Below, piece after piece: positions 1 through 20,609 of a stretch of DNA of 64,000 nt (positions are counted from its first letter, which is position 1; each line of letters starts with the position of its first letter). The translations under genes and the position numbers were made by a program. Below the pieces are notes generated by a model that searched no databases, was not told the DNA's origin, and worked only from the letters and a program-made list of their open reading frames with translations. The DNA comes from the human T2T-CHM13v2.0 reference genome, Homo sapiens, in assembly GCF_009914755.1 (NCBI RefSeq), contig NC_060941.1; one strand, given 5' to 3'.

Positions 1-127
1 AGGACTTGAGGACTGGAAAGGCAAGAATTATGAAAGGAGGATTCAAGACACACATTAGAAGGACTTCCCAATTATGTTTGGAAGCAAAACATTAGACTAA
101 ATGATTATTTGTGATTTTTAAAAATTT

Positions 128-746
<619 letters not shown>

Positions 747-869
747 ATTCATGATTCTTGACCTACTCTCTCTCAAGTAAAATTTATTGAGCATCCATTC
801 TGACCCATGTATCAGGCTAAGCACTTTCACTTGTATTATCTCAGCCCATCATGCCTGGGGACAGGAAGA

Positions 870-1928
870 TGGAGTTCACACACTCTTGATGTGCACATTT
901 TTCTTAGACGATCTCCTCCACACCCGTGCTTTTAACCACAGAAGCTACTTTGACTCTCTGGTCCAGCTCTCCTCTTGCCCCACACCTTTCCTTTACCCTG
1001 CTGCTGACTCTCTCCCACTAGATGTCTGCAGATGCCTCCAACTGAAGGGACTCCACACAGGACTCATCTGTTTTCCCACTAAACCTTCTCCTCTGCCCAG
1101 ATTCCCCATCTCTACTCATGGCACTCTCACCTGACCCACTCAACACCCAAGTCAGAACATGGGCATCAGCTCCTTTTCCCTGCCTGTGCCCCCCATGCTG
1201 GTCACCATGTCCAGTAATTCTACTTCTTAAATGCCTCGCAGATCTGTGTTTTCCTTTTCCTTCCAATGGGAGCTGCCCTAAATTCAGGTCCTCACCATTT
1301 CTCACTGGGTTACTTCCCTAGCTTCCTTTTGCTCCCTTTCTCCCCCATCTCATATTCTGGGAATCCATTCTTTACTTAGTTGCCAGACTCATTTTCCAAA
1401 ATGCAAATCTGATCAGTCACACACCCTCCAAGCCTTTTGATGATACTCTAGCTGTTTTTAAAATAACATCCAAAATCCTTAGCTTCTCTGACAAGAGCCT
1501 TAACCCCTCACTCTGCCACACCAAATCCCAGTACTTGCTGGCCTATGCACTTTCATCCCCATGCCTTTTCACAGGCTACTTCTGCTGCCTAGGAATGCCT
1601 TTCCTCCCATTTATACCAATCTAATTCCTCCTCATTCCTCACGATTCAGTGTGTTAGATGTCACCTCCTCCAGGCAGACTCTCTGACTGCCCCTCTGCTC
1701 CTGAGTCTGAGTGAGCTCCCCCTCCTCTGGCCTCTCACTGTGTCCAGTGCTTGTCTCTTCTTTAGTACTGATTACGCTGTATTACAGTTGCCTGTTTCCT
1801 TGTGTGTCTCTCCCACTCAAATGTGAGATATTCCAGGACAGGTGTGCTGTCTTTCACATCTGCATTCCTTGCGCTGCATGTTTTGCCTGGCATGTAGTGT
1901 GCCCAGTAAATGTTTGTTGAGTGAATGT
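870..1928 (+). mobile_element. L2 LINE 3' portion
   Basis: L2-type motifs aaaatgcaaatctgatca and terminal cctggcatgtagtgtgcccagtaaatgtttgttgagtgaatg. Confidence 0.65.
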
Positions 1929-2934
1929 ATGGCTGGTAGTTCTCTATAATCTACGGGCCTTTGATCTCATTCTCTCTCATAGGACAGTCAATTCAGTACA
2001 GTTTAAGATAGGACTCAAGATGTGCTGTGGAAATCAGTACATTTTTCTCTCTCTCCTTCCCTCATCTCTCTCAGAATTCGCCGGTGGCCACACCCTTGGC
2101 ACAGACACAGGCAGCTCAGTCTGCAGAACGTCAGCTGGCAGCGAGCAGCCCTTCCCTTCCTCCCTGGCTCTGTCTTCGCGCTCAGCACAAATCGTTTTTC
2201 CTTTTTGGGTGTTCAGAGCTCTGATAGCAGAGGGCTGGGTGGGAGTGTGGCAGAGCGGGCTGTCTGCAGGGAGGCAGAAAAGCGGGGTGTGGGAGAGCCA
2301 AGATGTGGGTGGAAGCATTGCTATGTAGGCCCTTTTAGAGGGAGAAAGAAAATTTAGCTCCTCTTTGGGGCTGCCTGGGGCACAGCAGCTGAGATGTGCT
2401 TGTCCCCTTTTGCTCTCCGGGGGTTGGGATAACCCTGTTGATATTTAGCCTCCTTCTGAGCATTGGCAAGCCTTCTGAGAGAGAGAGGCAATGAGAGAGG
2501 GAGAGATTATGGATTTTCAAAACTGGCCCAGTACATTCCCTTGATACCAAGCCACTGGGCAGAATCTTGGGGGTCAAGCTATTGCTGTTTCCTTGTTTTG
2601 GAGAACATAGGAAAAGATAATCTGCCACATACCTCATTCATTCATTCAGTACCTGGGTGATGCCAGACACTGGGGACACAGATGAATAAGGCCCAGTGCT
2701 CCTCCTGGGGCTCACAGTATACGGGGCATGGGCTTGTAAGGAGATGTGTTACAAGTGGGCTGGGATGGTTGTGAGAGGAAAGGCTTGGCAGGCTTGGAGG
2801 AGAACAGGTCACTCCGTCCATGGAAAGAAGGTGATGTTGGGGCTCTGGGAGTGATTTCTGTACGGTCTTGTACTTACAACTACCTCCAACATCAGTTCCT
2901 GAGAGGAGACTCTGTTTAACTCTTCATAAAGACA

Positions 2935-3200
2935 GCAGCAGCAGCCATGGTAGAGAATATGGAATTTGGAGAAGACAATGTGATTTCAGACCCTGGCTTA
3001 CCACCTCATTCATTCATTCAGTAAATGCCTGGATCTGCTGTGAACAATTGACATCAGTTCTCTGAGCCTCAGTTTTGTCATCTATATAATTGGGATAGTG
3101 GTGACACTCACCTCACCATTCTGTTGGGAGGATTACATGAGCTCGTTTATGTGATAATGCTTTGTAAACTGGAAAGTGCTGTGCAAATATGAGCTGCTAA
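2935..3200 (+). mobile_element. MIR SINE
   Basis: ctctgagcctcagttttgtcatctatataattgggatagt...gggaggattacatgag core. Confidence 0.6.
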
Positions 3201-4041
3201 TTACCCTTCCATCTATCCACTGATTCAGTCAACAAATAACTATCAAGTGCCCTCTTCTAAAGGCCTGACAAGGCCCTTTTTGAGGCAGGAGCCTGTTTCT
3301 TGCATGTGCGCGTGTGTGTGTGTGGGGAGGGGGTTGCTGTGTGTGACCATAGCGCGTCTTCATTAAGCGGCAACCATCTGCTCTGTCTGAAGGGAAGTCC
3401 TAGTTTCCCCAGCTCTCAGCCCTCGTCCCCACTGCAGGCGGGCAGGGACACGTTCTGCAGTCTCCCCGCTGAGGGTTGCTGCTGCACACAGGAGGCCGGC
3501 AGGGCGTGTGAATCACCAGCCTTAGTCACCACTCTGCCTACAGGGCTTGTCTTCCCTACCAGATGATGAGCCCAAAATAAAAATACGGCTGAAGAGCGAG
3601 TTAGCATTCCAGGCTGTCTCTGAGAGGCATCTGAGCCACCAGGAAAGGAGCTGAATGCATTATTTTGCACTTCTCCCAGCCCCCAAAACTCACATCAGGA
3701 GCATCCTGGGTAACCTCAGAGCTGAGGGGCAGCAGAGAGAGGGACGCCGGGCTTGGTGGTGAGGGTAGGAGACTGAGGGTGGCTTTCCGCACAGTCACCG
3801 TCTCAGCAGGTCCTGTCCAGCCACATTATCAGCTCTAACTTGTGCACAGTGCTTTGTGGCTTACAAAGTGCTTTGATACACTTTCTCTCATTTGATGCTC
3901 ATGAGAACTTTGTGAGGGAGTTACTGGAAGGCAGAACAGCCTGGAGGTCCAGTGTGTGGCTTCTGGAGCCGAACCTGCCTGACTTTGAATCTGTTTTTGT
4001 TGCCTACTGGCTGTGGGACTTTGAGCAAAATCCCTTAGCCT

Positions 4042-4044
<3 letters not shown>

Positions 4045-4072
<28 letters not shown>

Positions 4073-4953
4073 GAGACAGAGTCTCGCTGTCTCCCAGGCT
4101 GGAGTGCAGTGGCGCGATCTTGGCTTACTGCAAGCTCCGCCCCCTGGGTTCACGCCATTCTCCCGCCTCAGCCTCCTGAGTAGCTGGGACTACAGGCGCC
4201 CACCACCACCGGCCGGCTAATTTTTTGTATTTTCGGTACAGATGGGGTTTCACTGTGTTAGCCAGGATAGTCTCGACCTCCTGACCTCGTGATCCGCCCG
4301 CCTCAGCCTCACAGTGCTGGGATTACAGGCGTGAGCCACTGCGCTGGCCTAATAATAGTGGTGGTGTTTTTTTTTGTTTGTTTGTTTGTTTGTTTGTTTT
4401 TTTGAGACAGAAAATCTTGCTCTTTCACCAGGCTGGAGTGCAGTGAGGCGATCTCGGCTCACTGAAAACTTCTGCCTCTTGGGTTCAAGCGATTCTCCTG
4501 CCTCAGCCTTCCAAGTAGATAGGACTACAGGCACACACCACCACACCCAGCTAATTTTTTTTGTATTTTTAGTAGAGACAGGGGTTTCACCGTATTGGAC
4601 AGGATGGTCTTGATCTCTTGACCTCGTGATCCACCCGCCTCAGCCTCCCAAAGTGTTGGGATTACAGGCGTGAGCCACCCGCCTGGCCAGTAATTATTTT
4701 TGTAGAGATGGAGTCTCACTACATTGTCCAGACTGGTCTTGAACTTTTGGCCTCAAGCCATCCTGCTGCCTCAGCCTCCCAAGTAGCTGGGATTACAGGC
4801 GCCCGTCACTGCGCCTGCCTAGTTTTTGTATTTTTGATAGAGACGGAGTTTCACCATCTTCGCCAGGCTGGTCTCAAACTCCTGACCTCGTGATCTACCT
4901 GCCTCAGCCTCCCAACGTCCTGGGATTACAGGCATGAGCTACTGTGCCTGGCC
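4045..4953 (-). mobile_element. Tandem antisense Alu cluster: AluY (4045-4349), AluS (4367-4688), chimeric AluS/AluJ (4695-4953)
   Basis: Three consecutive antisense Alu bodies; the first two are preceded by T-rich tails. Confidence 0.85.
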
Positions 4954-4983
4954 CAGTTTTCTCATTTTCAAAATGGAGGTACT

Positions 4984-5270
4984 GGCTGGGCACGGTGGCC
5001 CATGTCTGTAATCCCAACAATTTGGGAGGCCAAGGCAGGCAGATCAGCTGAAGTCAGGGGTTCAAGACCAGCCTGGTTAACATGGTGAAACCTCGTCTCT
5101 AATGCAAAAAATTAGCTTGGCATGGTGGTGTGCACCTGTAATCCCAGCTACCTGGGAGGCTGAGGCAAGAGAATCGCCTGAACCCAGAGGGCAGAGGTTG
5201 CAGTGAGCCACTACACTCCAGCCTGGGTGACAGAGTGAGACTCCGTCTCAAAAAAGTAAATAAGTAAATA
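4984..5270 (+). mobile_element. AluS
   Basis: Dimeric Alu with A tail. Confidence 0.85.
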
Positions 5271-5275
5271 CATAA

Positions 5276-5610
<335 letters not shown>

Positions 5611-6092
5611 AATAGTACAGTTTTTATAAGGTTAATATTTTTTAATCTGTTTATTATCTCCCCAAATTAGAGCAAAAGCTATAATAAAGAGGGATCTTTG
5701 TTTTTTAAGACACTGCCCGACACAGGGAGGTTTGCAATAAATATTTGTGCAATGAATGAATAAGAGGCTTAGAACAATGCCAGGCACATAGTAGACACTA
5801 TGTGTGCTAGCTATTATTATAGGATTTTTTCCATTTGGGCAATGTAGAAACTGAAGTTTAGAGAATTTAAGTGAATTGCCTGAAGTCACAAAGCTAAGAT
5901 GTGGCAGATTTGGAGCTTTAAATAAAGCTGCTACTCTAAAATAAGGGCCCCTCCTCCCACACTGTGACTACCCCAGTTCCTCCTCTTCTTTCCTTTCTTT
6001 AATCTCTTTCCTTACCTTCCCCAGATACTCATTAAAATTGAGCAACAGAGTTAATCCACTTCCTTGTCTGCAGTATAGAAAGCTGTAGAACT

Positions 6093-6420
<328 letters not shown>

Positions 6421-6564
6421 TCACATAACTTCTGTGTAGCACAGTTTCTCCATCTGTGAAATGGACGTCATAATATAACCCACCTCACAATTCCACTTTT
6501 GTGAATATTAAGTGATAGTTAATATATGTAGTGATGAACACATAGTAATAGCTCAATACACAAA

Positions 6565-6864
<300 letters not shown>

Positions 6865-7062
6865 ACAAAAGCTATTAATCATCATCTTTTGGGGACCACT
6901 AGAACATATCCAAGATTTAGATTCATAGAATGTTAGAGTTGGAAGAGATCTTACAGAATATGATCCAATTTTAAAATTGGATCACATATGAGAAATAAAA
7001 ATTTTCACATATGAGAAAATAAAAACCCAGAATCATTTGACTTGCCCAAGAATACAATACTT

Positions 7063-7360
7063 GAGTTGGGTGCGGTGGCTCATGCTTGTAATCCGAGCAC
7101 TTTGGGAGGCTGAGATGGGTGGATCACCTGAGGTCAGGAGTTTGAGACCAGCCTGGCCAATGTAGTGAAACCGCATCTCTACTAAAAATACAAAAAATTA
7201 GCTGGGCGTGGTGGCAGGTGCCTGTAATCCCAGCTAATAGAGAGGCTGAGGCAGGAGAATTGCTTGAACCAGGGAGGTGGAGGTTGCAGTGAGCCTAGAT
7301 TGCACCATTGCACTCCAGCCTGGGCAACAAGAGCAAATATCCATCTCAAAAAAAAAAAAA
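7063..7360 (+). mobile_element. AluS
   Basis: Full dimer; TSD aagaatacaatac at 7048-7060 and 7367-7379. Confidence 0.9.
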
Positions 7361-7699
7361 AGAGAGAAGAATACAATACCTATTTTTAAAAATTTATCAC
7401 CTAGGAGAAACTGGGTAAAGTGTTACAGGCACTCTGTCTACTATCTTTACAACTCTTTTGTAAACCTAAAATTATTTCAACATAAACATAACAACAATAG
7501 CTGCTGCAACTATTCCTAAAAAAAAAAATCATGTAAATTATAGGGCAGAGAGAAGAAGACAGTGTGTGGGGGGTGGGGAGGTGTTTAGGAATATTTTTCT
7601 CCAATTACCTTGTTCCTTCCCAAAAGAGATATTGACCTATATTCTAGTACACTTTATCCTGTCTTCTGCTATAGCCAACCTGTTGAACTCATCCATTTA

Positions 7700-8007
7700 T
7701 TTTTTTCTTTCTTTTCTTTTTCTTTTTTTTTTTTGAGATGGAGTTTCGCTCTTTCTCTCAGGCTGGAGTGCAGTGGCACAATCTCAGCTCACTGCAACCT
7801 CCGCCTCCTGGGTTCAAGTGATTCTCATGCCTCAGTAGCTGGGATTACAGGCACCCGCCACCATGCCCGGCTAATTTTTATATTTTTAGTAGAGACGGGG
7901 TTTCACCATGTTGGCCAGGCTGGTCTTGAACACCTGACTTCAGGTGATCAGCCCACCTCAGCCTCCCAAAGTGCTGGGCTTACAGGCATGAGCCATGGCG
8001 CCCAGCC
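7700..8007 (-). mobile_element. AluS
   Basis: Antisense dimer. Confidence 0.85.
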
Positions 8008-8670
8008 TTATCCATTGATTTCTTAATTTCAGATACCCTATTTTTCAGTGTACATTTGTGGATTTTTTTGTTATCAAAAAACCATTTTTTTTTAGATTCT
8101 AATTCTCTGTTGAAATTCTCCATATTATGTGCATCTTTTCCTCTATTTTCTGAATATATTAATGATAATTATTTAGAAGTCCTTGTCGTCTAACTCTGAT
8201 GTCTATATCATCTGTGGATCCACATCTTATGTTTTCTATTTATCAGTCATATATTTTTGTCTTTTCACATTGCGATTTTTGACTGAATGTTGGTAAAATA
8301 CACACAAAAGCACTATTGAGGCTCCATAAAATATTTATTTTCCACCAGAGACAGTTTACACAGTCCTCTGCAAGACACAAAGTGTGGTTAATCCCCTCAA
8401 TCCAGTCAGGAACTCCTATGAGTCCAGGCTGTATTACATATTTGGTGAGGTTCAGTTCATCTCTGTTTGAGTCCATTCCTAGGTTGTGACCCTACTCAGC
8501 TTACGGTTGAGGGCATGGCCGACTGTGTCCTCAACACCAAGAGAAGCATAAGAATTTCCACTCTGCTTTTCAGAGACTTGTCAGTTTCTCTCTTTAGTTT
8601 TCCTCCCTGCATAGCTTCAGACTTCAGCAGATGTTATGAGAGGGAATCTGGCTACCTATTTAAGACCCCT

Positions 8671-9110
8671 GGATGGGTCTTGGTGGTTCATGCCTGTAAT
8701 CCCAGCACTTTGGGAGGCTGAGGTGGGAGGATCACTTGAGCCCAGGAGTTCAAGACCAGCTGGGCAACATAGTGAGATTCTGTCTCTAAAAAAAATTTTT
8801 TTTTAATTAGCTGGTTGTGGTGGCACCAGCTGGTAGTCCTAGCACTTTGGAAGGCTGAAGTGAGAGGATCGCTTGAACCCAGGAGTTCGAGACCAGCCTG
8901 GGCAACAAAGCGAAACCCTGTCTCTACAAAAAGTAAAAATAATTAGCCAGGTGTGGTGATGCATGCCTATGGGACCCAGCCACTCGAGAGGCTAAGGTGG
9001 GAGGATCGCTTGAGCCCAGGACTTCAAAGTTGCACTGAGCTATAATCAAGCCACTGCACTCCAGCTGGGGTGAAAGAATGAGACCCTATTTCTTAGGAAA
9101 AAAAAAAAGA
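8671..9110 (+). mobile_element. AluJ with three monomers
   Basis: Left monomer, hybrid right/left monomer, right monomer, A tail. Confidence 0.75.
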
Positions 9111-9896
9111 GAGAGAGAGAGAAAGAAAGAGTGAGAGAAAGAGACCCTTCAAGTATCCCATTTTGTGTTTCCAGTCCCCGTGTGACCGTCAGAAGCTCTG
9201 CTGGCTTCTCTGCCTAGCAGCAATGCCTTCTGTGTAGGACAAACCCAGATTATCAATCTCGAGTCTTATCTAGAGTTAGAAAATGCTCCTGGGGAAAAGG
9301 AGCTGCAGATCTTCATTCATCTCGGAAAGGTGAACCCTTCCCTGTAATGTCAGTCTCTCTTATGAACTTCTGCAGCTCTCTGATGCTTTCATAAATATCA
9401 TTTTTGCAGTTTACCTGGCTTTTTTAGATGTTCCCAGAAGAACTATTGGCTTGCTGTGAACTATTTTGTCCTATTCAGAAATACTCTCAAGATATATTCT
9501 GATGGATTGAATATATTATCATAGGTTTTGTTGGAACAAAATCTCTTGAGAAATCATTTTTTCCTTTATCTCTTCCTCTTCCCCCCACCCCCAGCCCTCT
9601 AGATGTGGGTATAGAGAAAGAAGCACCTTGGGTCAATTCCAGATCTCCTGCTCACCTAGTGTATGGGATTAGAGCATTTATTTAAACTCTCTGCCTCTCA
9701 GTTTGATCTGAAAATGAGGATCCTGTGAAAATTAAGTGAGGTAACACTGTATGGCACCCAGCACGAAGGCTGGCACATGGATTTTAATGCCTTTCACCTC
9801 TTTCTTCTCTCTCCTCTCCCCACAGCTGATTTGAGCAAGCTTCCTCTTAGTGGCTGGGAGAGTTTTCCCACAAAGGGATCAAAGCTAAGTGGTTTA

Positions 9897-10487
<591 letters not shown>

Positions 10488-10816
10488 GCTTAGTGGTTTA
10501 AAGGTAGTTTCTCTACTGATGACTAGAAAGGTGGTCAATGTGTCCAGTCTTAGGGGTAAAAGGAGATAAAGCAAGGTCTTTACTCACAGCATGTGGCCCT
10601 TGGAAATGACAACTTCAGGATATGGAGAGGCTAAGAGTAATTTAGAAGCGGTAATGGAGCTTCCCAGGGCCAGGCGGGGTCCACGCTCATAGCTATCTGG
10701 AGGTGGAAGACACTCATGGGACAGAGCTACTCAAATCTGTCACTCTTCAGTCGCTTTCCTCAGCCCCCTAGACAAGGCACTTAGACGCACGGTTTCATTT
10801 AAACTCTAAGCAGAAG

Positions 10817-11182
10817 CAGTGGTGTGCTGGACTTAGCTCAAACCATCTTGGATATTGAGAGCTGAATGTTGAATTTTCAGGAATTTTATGAGCTGGTTGA
10901 CTTCATGTTGGTAACTTAAAATCTGCGATGGTGAGCTGGGTGCTGTGGCACGCACCTGTAATCCCAGCTACTCAGGAGGCTGAGGTGGGAGGATCACTTG
11001 AGCCCAGGAGTTCAAGACTAGCCTGGGCAACATGGTGAGACCCCCATCTCAAAAAAAAAAAAAAAAAAAAAAAGCTGCCATGGTGGGAATATTTATATGA
11101 TGGAAACCAATGAACACTACAAAGAAAGGATTTGCGTTTCTTCTGGAGAGCCAGTTGTTAAATATTTACTAGCAAACCACTG
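10817..11182. mobile_element. MER63A-like hAT DNA transposon interrupted by an Alu monomer (10935-11073)
   Basis: Terminal inverted ends cagtggtgtgctgg ... ctagcaaaccactg; monomer TSD aaaa(t/g)ctgc(g/c)atggtg. Confidence 0.7.
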
Positions 11183-11254
11183 AACATAAGTGTTTTTACC
11201 AATTTACAGTTGAGTAAACTGAGGCTTTGAGACCCAAGTTCTCTCAGAGCATAA

Positions 11255-11717
<463 letters not shown>

Positions 11718-12178
11718 TGAGTATCCAAAGAATATCAGAATCTCACTTCTGCTCACTGTGATCCTCACCGTGATCCCTGGCCCAAGCGGTCTTCCCTTAA
11801 TCATCCCCATTCTACAGACTGGGAGGAAGCCCCATAAGGTTCAGTGACTCCCAGCCCCGGGCTCACACATTAGTGCCAGGACTCATTAGAGGCCTCTCCA
11901 CCTGAATCCAGAAACCCTTGGCCATGCTCCAGCTAGCTGCCTGATAAAGGAGCAGAATTCTCGATTCAGGTTCAGGTTCAGCAACCATGCACATTTCCTT
12001 TCCTTTTCCCTTCAGGTGACAGGAAGCCATTGCTGGTCCTCAGGCAGGCTCTGTTCATTGCTGCCACAGCCTAAACTGCAAACATGGCATATCTGGGTGC
12101 CGCTGGGAAGCAACTCATTGAGGAGAGTGTGGCAGATGCTGCTGAGAGGCTAGGAATGTAGAGTAAGGTATCAGCAGG

Positions 12179-13260
<1,082 letters not shown>

Positions 13261-13457
13261 CTCAGAGTCAAGAATAAATCTTATATTTTATTAAAGATTT
13301 AGTTACTGCTGCAAGTTTATTATTTAAAAAATTTAGTAGTCATATCTCTAAAGCTTGTCCTAATGCAGAAATAATACTTTCTCAGCACATTCAGCACCTG
13401 AATTGTTCCTTCGGTCACTACTTGGCACATTTAGGTTATAAGTAGAAGTTCACTTTC

Positions 13458-13750
<293 letters not shown>

Positions 13751-13822
13751 ATAAGTAGAAGTTCACTTTCATCTGGGGTTAATGGAGGGTCAAAACGTTT
13801 TTTGGATATCTCACTTATCTGA

Positions 13823-14128
<306 letters not shown>

Positions 14129-14483
14129 TCTTTATTTTCTTTATTGCAATTGGATTGAATGAAACCCGTCATGAATGTTGTGTATGTTTTTTCTCTTCCT
14201 GAAATTTTGAAGTGACAATGTTGACATTTGCTTTTGGTGCAACTTCACAAGATATGGAAATTCTCAGATAGTCTTTTTTGAAAGACTCATGGACTAAATA
14301 ACTAAGGATTACAACACTCAAAGTTTATTTTGCTTAAGGTTATAAAGGCTAGTTCACCAAACAATTCTACTAAGACTAGAATTATGATATGGTAACTATT
14401 ATTTTCTTATATTATCGTTTAAATTTTCATAAATGTTTCATGGCCTAAAAAGGCTGTAATATTTTCCCTAAGGTTTCTAGCTC

Positions 14484-14669
14484 AGAGTCATTCAGTGTGG
14501 GTCCTCAGGCTAGTAGCATTACCAAAACACTGGAGTTTGTTAGAAAGACAAATTCTTGGGCCAGTCCAGAGACCCATTGAATGAGAACATTTGGAAGACA
14601 GGTTCCTGGAATCTGTATTTTAATCAGCTCTCCAATGATTTTGAGTGTCCGTAAGTTTGAGAAGCACTG
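14484..14669. mobile_element. MER5A-like hAT-Charlie element
   Basis: Ends aagtttgagaagcactg; 8-bp hAT-type TSD ttctagct/atctagcc. Confidence 0.65.
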
Positions 14670-14760
14670 ATCTAGCCAACACACACTCCTGATAATTGCA
14701 TAGTTGTCCATCTACTTTTTATATCACCATTTGAAAGTTCCAAACTGTTTTGGTACATAG

Positions 14761-15338
<578 letters not shown>

Positions 15339-16652
15339 TGAAATACCAGATGTGAAGGTGCTTCATCATCCAAAGGGGACCGGGAGAAGGAGCCCAACTA
15401 GTTACCTTCCTACTGGAAGGCATGGTCCCACTGACACAGTTTCTGCTCACGAACACATGGTAGTTGCTGAAGAAATGTCCTTTGAAGAGTGTTTTGTGGC
15501 CTGAATGTGTTCTCTGCACCCTGCTTTCTCTCATTCTTTTATCCATTTGCTCATTTGTTCACATGGCCAGCATTCCTTGAGTACTGCTCTCTGCAAGTCC
15601 TTGTCTGGGCACTGGGCATAGAGTGGAGTGAACAAGGCAAACCAGGTTCTTGCTCTCAAGCAGTAAACAATCTGTGGGACAGAGAGAGTCCTGGAGGATT
15701 CCAGTGCTGTGTGATTGGTGTCAGGATAGAGGGACACACAGGGGGACTGTCGGATTGCAGAGTTCTCATATTGGTCCTTCTCAAGTATAAGGAGGATCTG
15801 CTAAGCATGGAATTTCCCAGCCCAACCTGAGATATATCCCTTTGCTCTCAAAGGTCCAGGGTAGACAGCAGATAGAGAAGCTCTAGGACGGTCCCAGGGG
15901 AGGAATCCCGACTGGGCACATTCTTACTGTAACCTTACTTCCCTGACCCTGCTGTCTCCCTGCAAGGCATCTGTAGCACCGGCCTTGCCATTTTAGCCTT
16001 CTCCAATTAGACATCACTCATGAAGGCAGGGAGACTTGGAGTGAAGCCTGGCCAATGGGTTATTTATTCTATCGTTTGAATCACAATACATCTCCAAGCT
16101 TACCCTTGATTTGGCTAATTCAAGAGATTAAAGCCCAGATGTGATGGGGGCTGTGCTGTCACAAAATGTCACAAACCCCTCATTTTGTGCCAGCTGATGA
16201 GAGACTAATTGCCCAGACGGTGAGAGAGCATGATTAGTCCTTCTTTTATGCCAAGCCCCGAGGGAGATGAGAATTAATCGTGCAGCCCGGTGGGAGGGGC
16301 TCTTCTGTCTCAATGCGCTCTCTCAAGCTGGCGAGAAGGTTCCCTGATGAATATGCAGTAGAGGAAGCTGATTTGTCTTCCTGCTTAGCTTCAGCCAGGT
16401 CCAGCAATAACTTCTGATTCTGGCAGGCTCTGTGTTCAACATGGCTCTTCCCTCCAAGTCTTCTCTCTCTGGCTGCATATTTTGTTTCCCCCCTTTTCCT
16501 GCATACTTCACTTCTTCACCTCCCACACATCCTTTTCAATATGTTTTTATGTTCTTGGCAACCCTTACCAAGGACAAGACTGACCTCCTACTCATCAAGA
16601 CTAATGTTTACCAGGATGGTCCTCATCTATTTGACCTCTCTGTAATGTTTGA

Positions 16653-18208
<1,556 letters not shown>

Positions 18209-18489
18209 TAGGGAGATACTAACATCTCCCATGACTTTGACTACCAGCTCTGCACTGTTGCTGCCAAAGTTTATGAGTTTAATTCAGATCTCTTACTTGT
18301 AGCATCATAGATGTCTTCACATGAATATCCCTCACACTTAAGATCTAAACAAAACCCCATCTGTATATCCTCTTATTCTCAGGCCAAGTCAATTGGCTTT
18401 CCATCATCCTGCAGTAATTTGTTCATACCTCTGTTAGAGCATTTGTCCCATGAGTTTGTTTGTTTAACTGTGTCTGTCTTCCCCTTTAG

Positions 18490-18810
<321 letters not shown>

Positions 18811-18894
18811 CTAGAACCTTATCACATCTTTAAATCCCTAGTATTAAGTAGAAGCTATTATATACTTGTTGAACAAATTAATTGGCAAATGTTC

Positions 18895-19440
18895 AGAATG
18901 TTCAGAGGTGTTCAACTGCAAGTAACACAATATCTAAAGACTAGTGACTTAAATTGTAAAGATGTTTACCTATCTCACAAAATGTGAACTTTGGAGTTAC
19001 ATTGTTCCAGGATTAGTTAAGCAGCTCAGCAAAGTCAGGAAACTGAGTCAGAATATCTGAGATCCTCTTGGCTCAGAATCTCTGAGATTCTTCATTGTTG
19101 CAAAGTAGCTGCCACAACTCCAACATTACATCTTTGCACAACAATCTTCCAAGCAGGAAACAAGGGAAGCAGATCTTGGTGGCAGCAAAAGGGCTTCCAC
19201 TTCACATACTTCTCTCTTTTTAGGGGGGTGCAAATCCTTCCAGAAACAACTCTCTGCATTGTTAACTGGAACTATGTTATGTATCCCCTTGGATCAATAT
19301 CTGGCAAAGGGAACAGCAATGACCGAGATCGGCTTAGACCGATCTTGAGTCATTCCTGGTGCTGGTCATGTTGCTGTCTGACCAAAGGAGGATTCTGAAT
19401 CAAGGTGGGAGAGTATCTACCGGATAGGTGATTAATGATA
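18895..19440 (-). mobile_element. MLT1-type MaLR LTR remnant
   Basis: ctgcaagtaacacaa..tagtgacttaaa, caaagtagctgccacaactcc, ggcttagacc motifs typical of old MLT1. Confidence 0.5.
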
Positions 19441-20028
19441 CTTGCCCTTGATGTGGTTTCCTGAGTCCAAGCTCTTCCAGAACCCTCGCTGTTTCTTGGG
19501 CACTTCTGAGATACACATAGCTCTGTGGTCAGCCTGTTCCTTTATAGAACAATCCCTATATTCTCCATGTTTAGTGATCCATAGCAGAGGCTGATTATGT
19601 GCAGTTGTATAACTCTGTGAACTTGCTCTTTAGCAGGGCTAGTGCACACAGGAGTCAGTGTCAAGGGGAGGTGGATGGCGGCAACTTTGCTTGCCAAGCC
19701 ACGCACCTTGGCATGGGGTTGTGTCTGTTTGGAGGTAGGAGTATCTTGTTGCAATTCTCACAAAGGCACTGTAATGGCTGTGGCTGCTCTGTCTTCCAGA
19801 AAGGCTGTACCAGCATGGTGAGTGTATAATGGACATGAGCATGGACATGGGATGGACATGAGAATGTTCATCTGTCTATACCCTCTCCATTACTAGGTAT
19901 AATCACTCTAGAAAATCTTTAATAATCTTTTATCTGGTCCCCTTGGCTTTAGCCTTTCCCTATGCACTTGATATCTACTCCCAGATTTACCTTCCCCCAA
20001 ATCTCAAAGCAGTTGCTTCCTTGCTTAA

Positions 20029-20335
<307 letters not shown>

Positions 20336-20609
20336 CCAGATCTGGGACTGTCTTATAGGTATACGTTAAACCCCTTACTTGACATTATGGGCCACTCAAG
20401 ATCTGGCCCCACCCTATGATCCCAACCTTATTTCTCATTATGAATCTTTCACCGAAGCCAAAATTTTTTTTATGCTGCTCTTCACCCTCAAATTCCTTTC
20501 TTCTTCCTTTCTGCTTATTCTTGAAGACATGGCTCAGATCCAATCTCCTGAGGAAACATTCCTTGGCTGCTCTAGCCTACCCTCTTATCACCTCTGAATT
20601 CCTTCCATT

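Noticed and set aside
2060-3800. Promoter in the mildly CpG-enriched unique segments
   Set aside because: CpG density too low for an island and no clear core promoter or CTCF motif; could be enhancers but unsupported from sequence alone.
12016-12162. 147-nt exon-like segment with strong acceptor and GTAAGG donor
   Set aside because: Stop codons in all three frames; at most a non-coding exon, with no support here.
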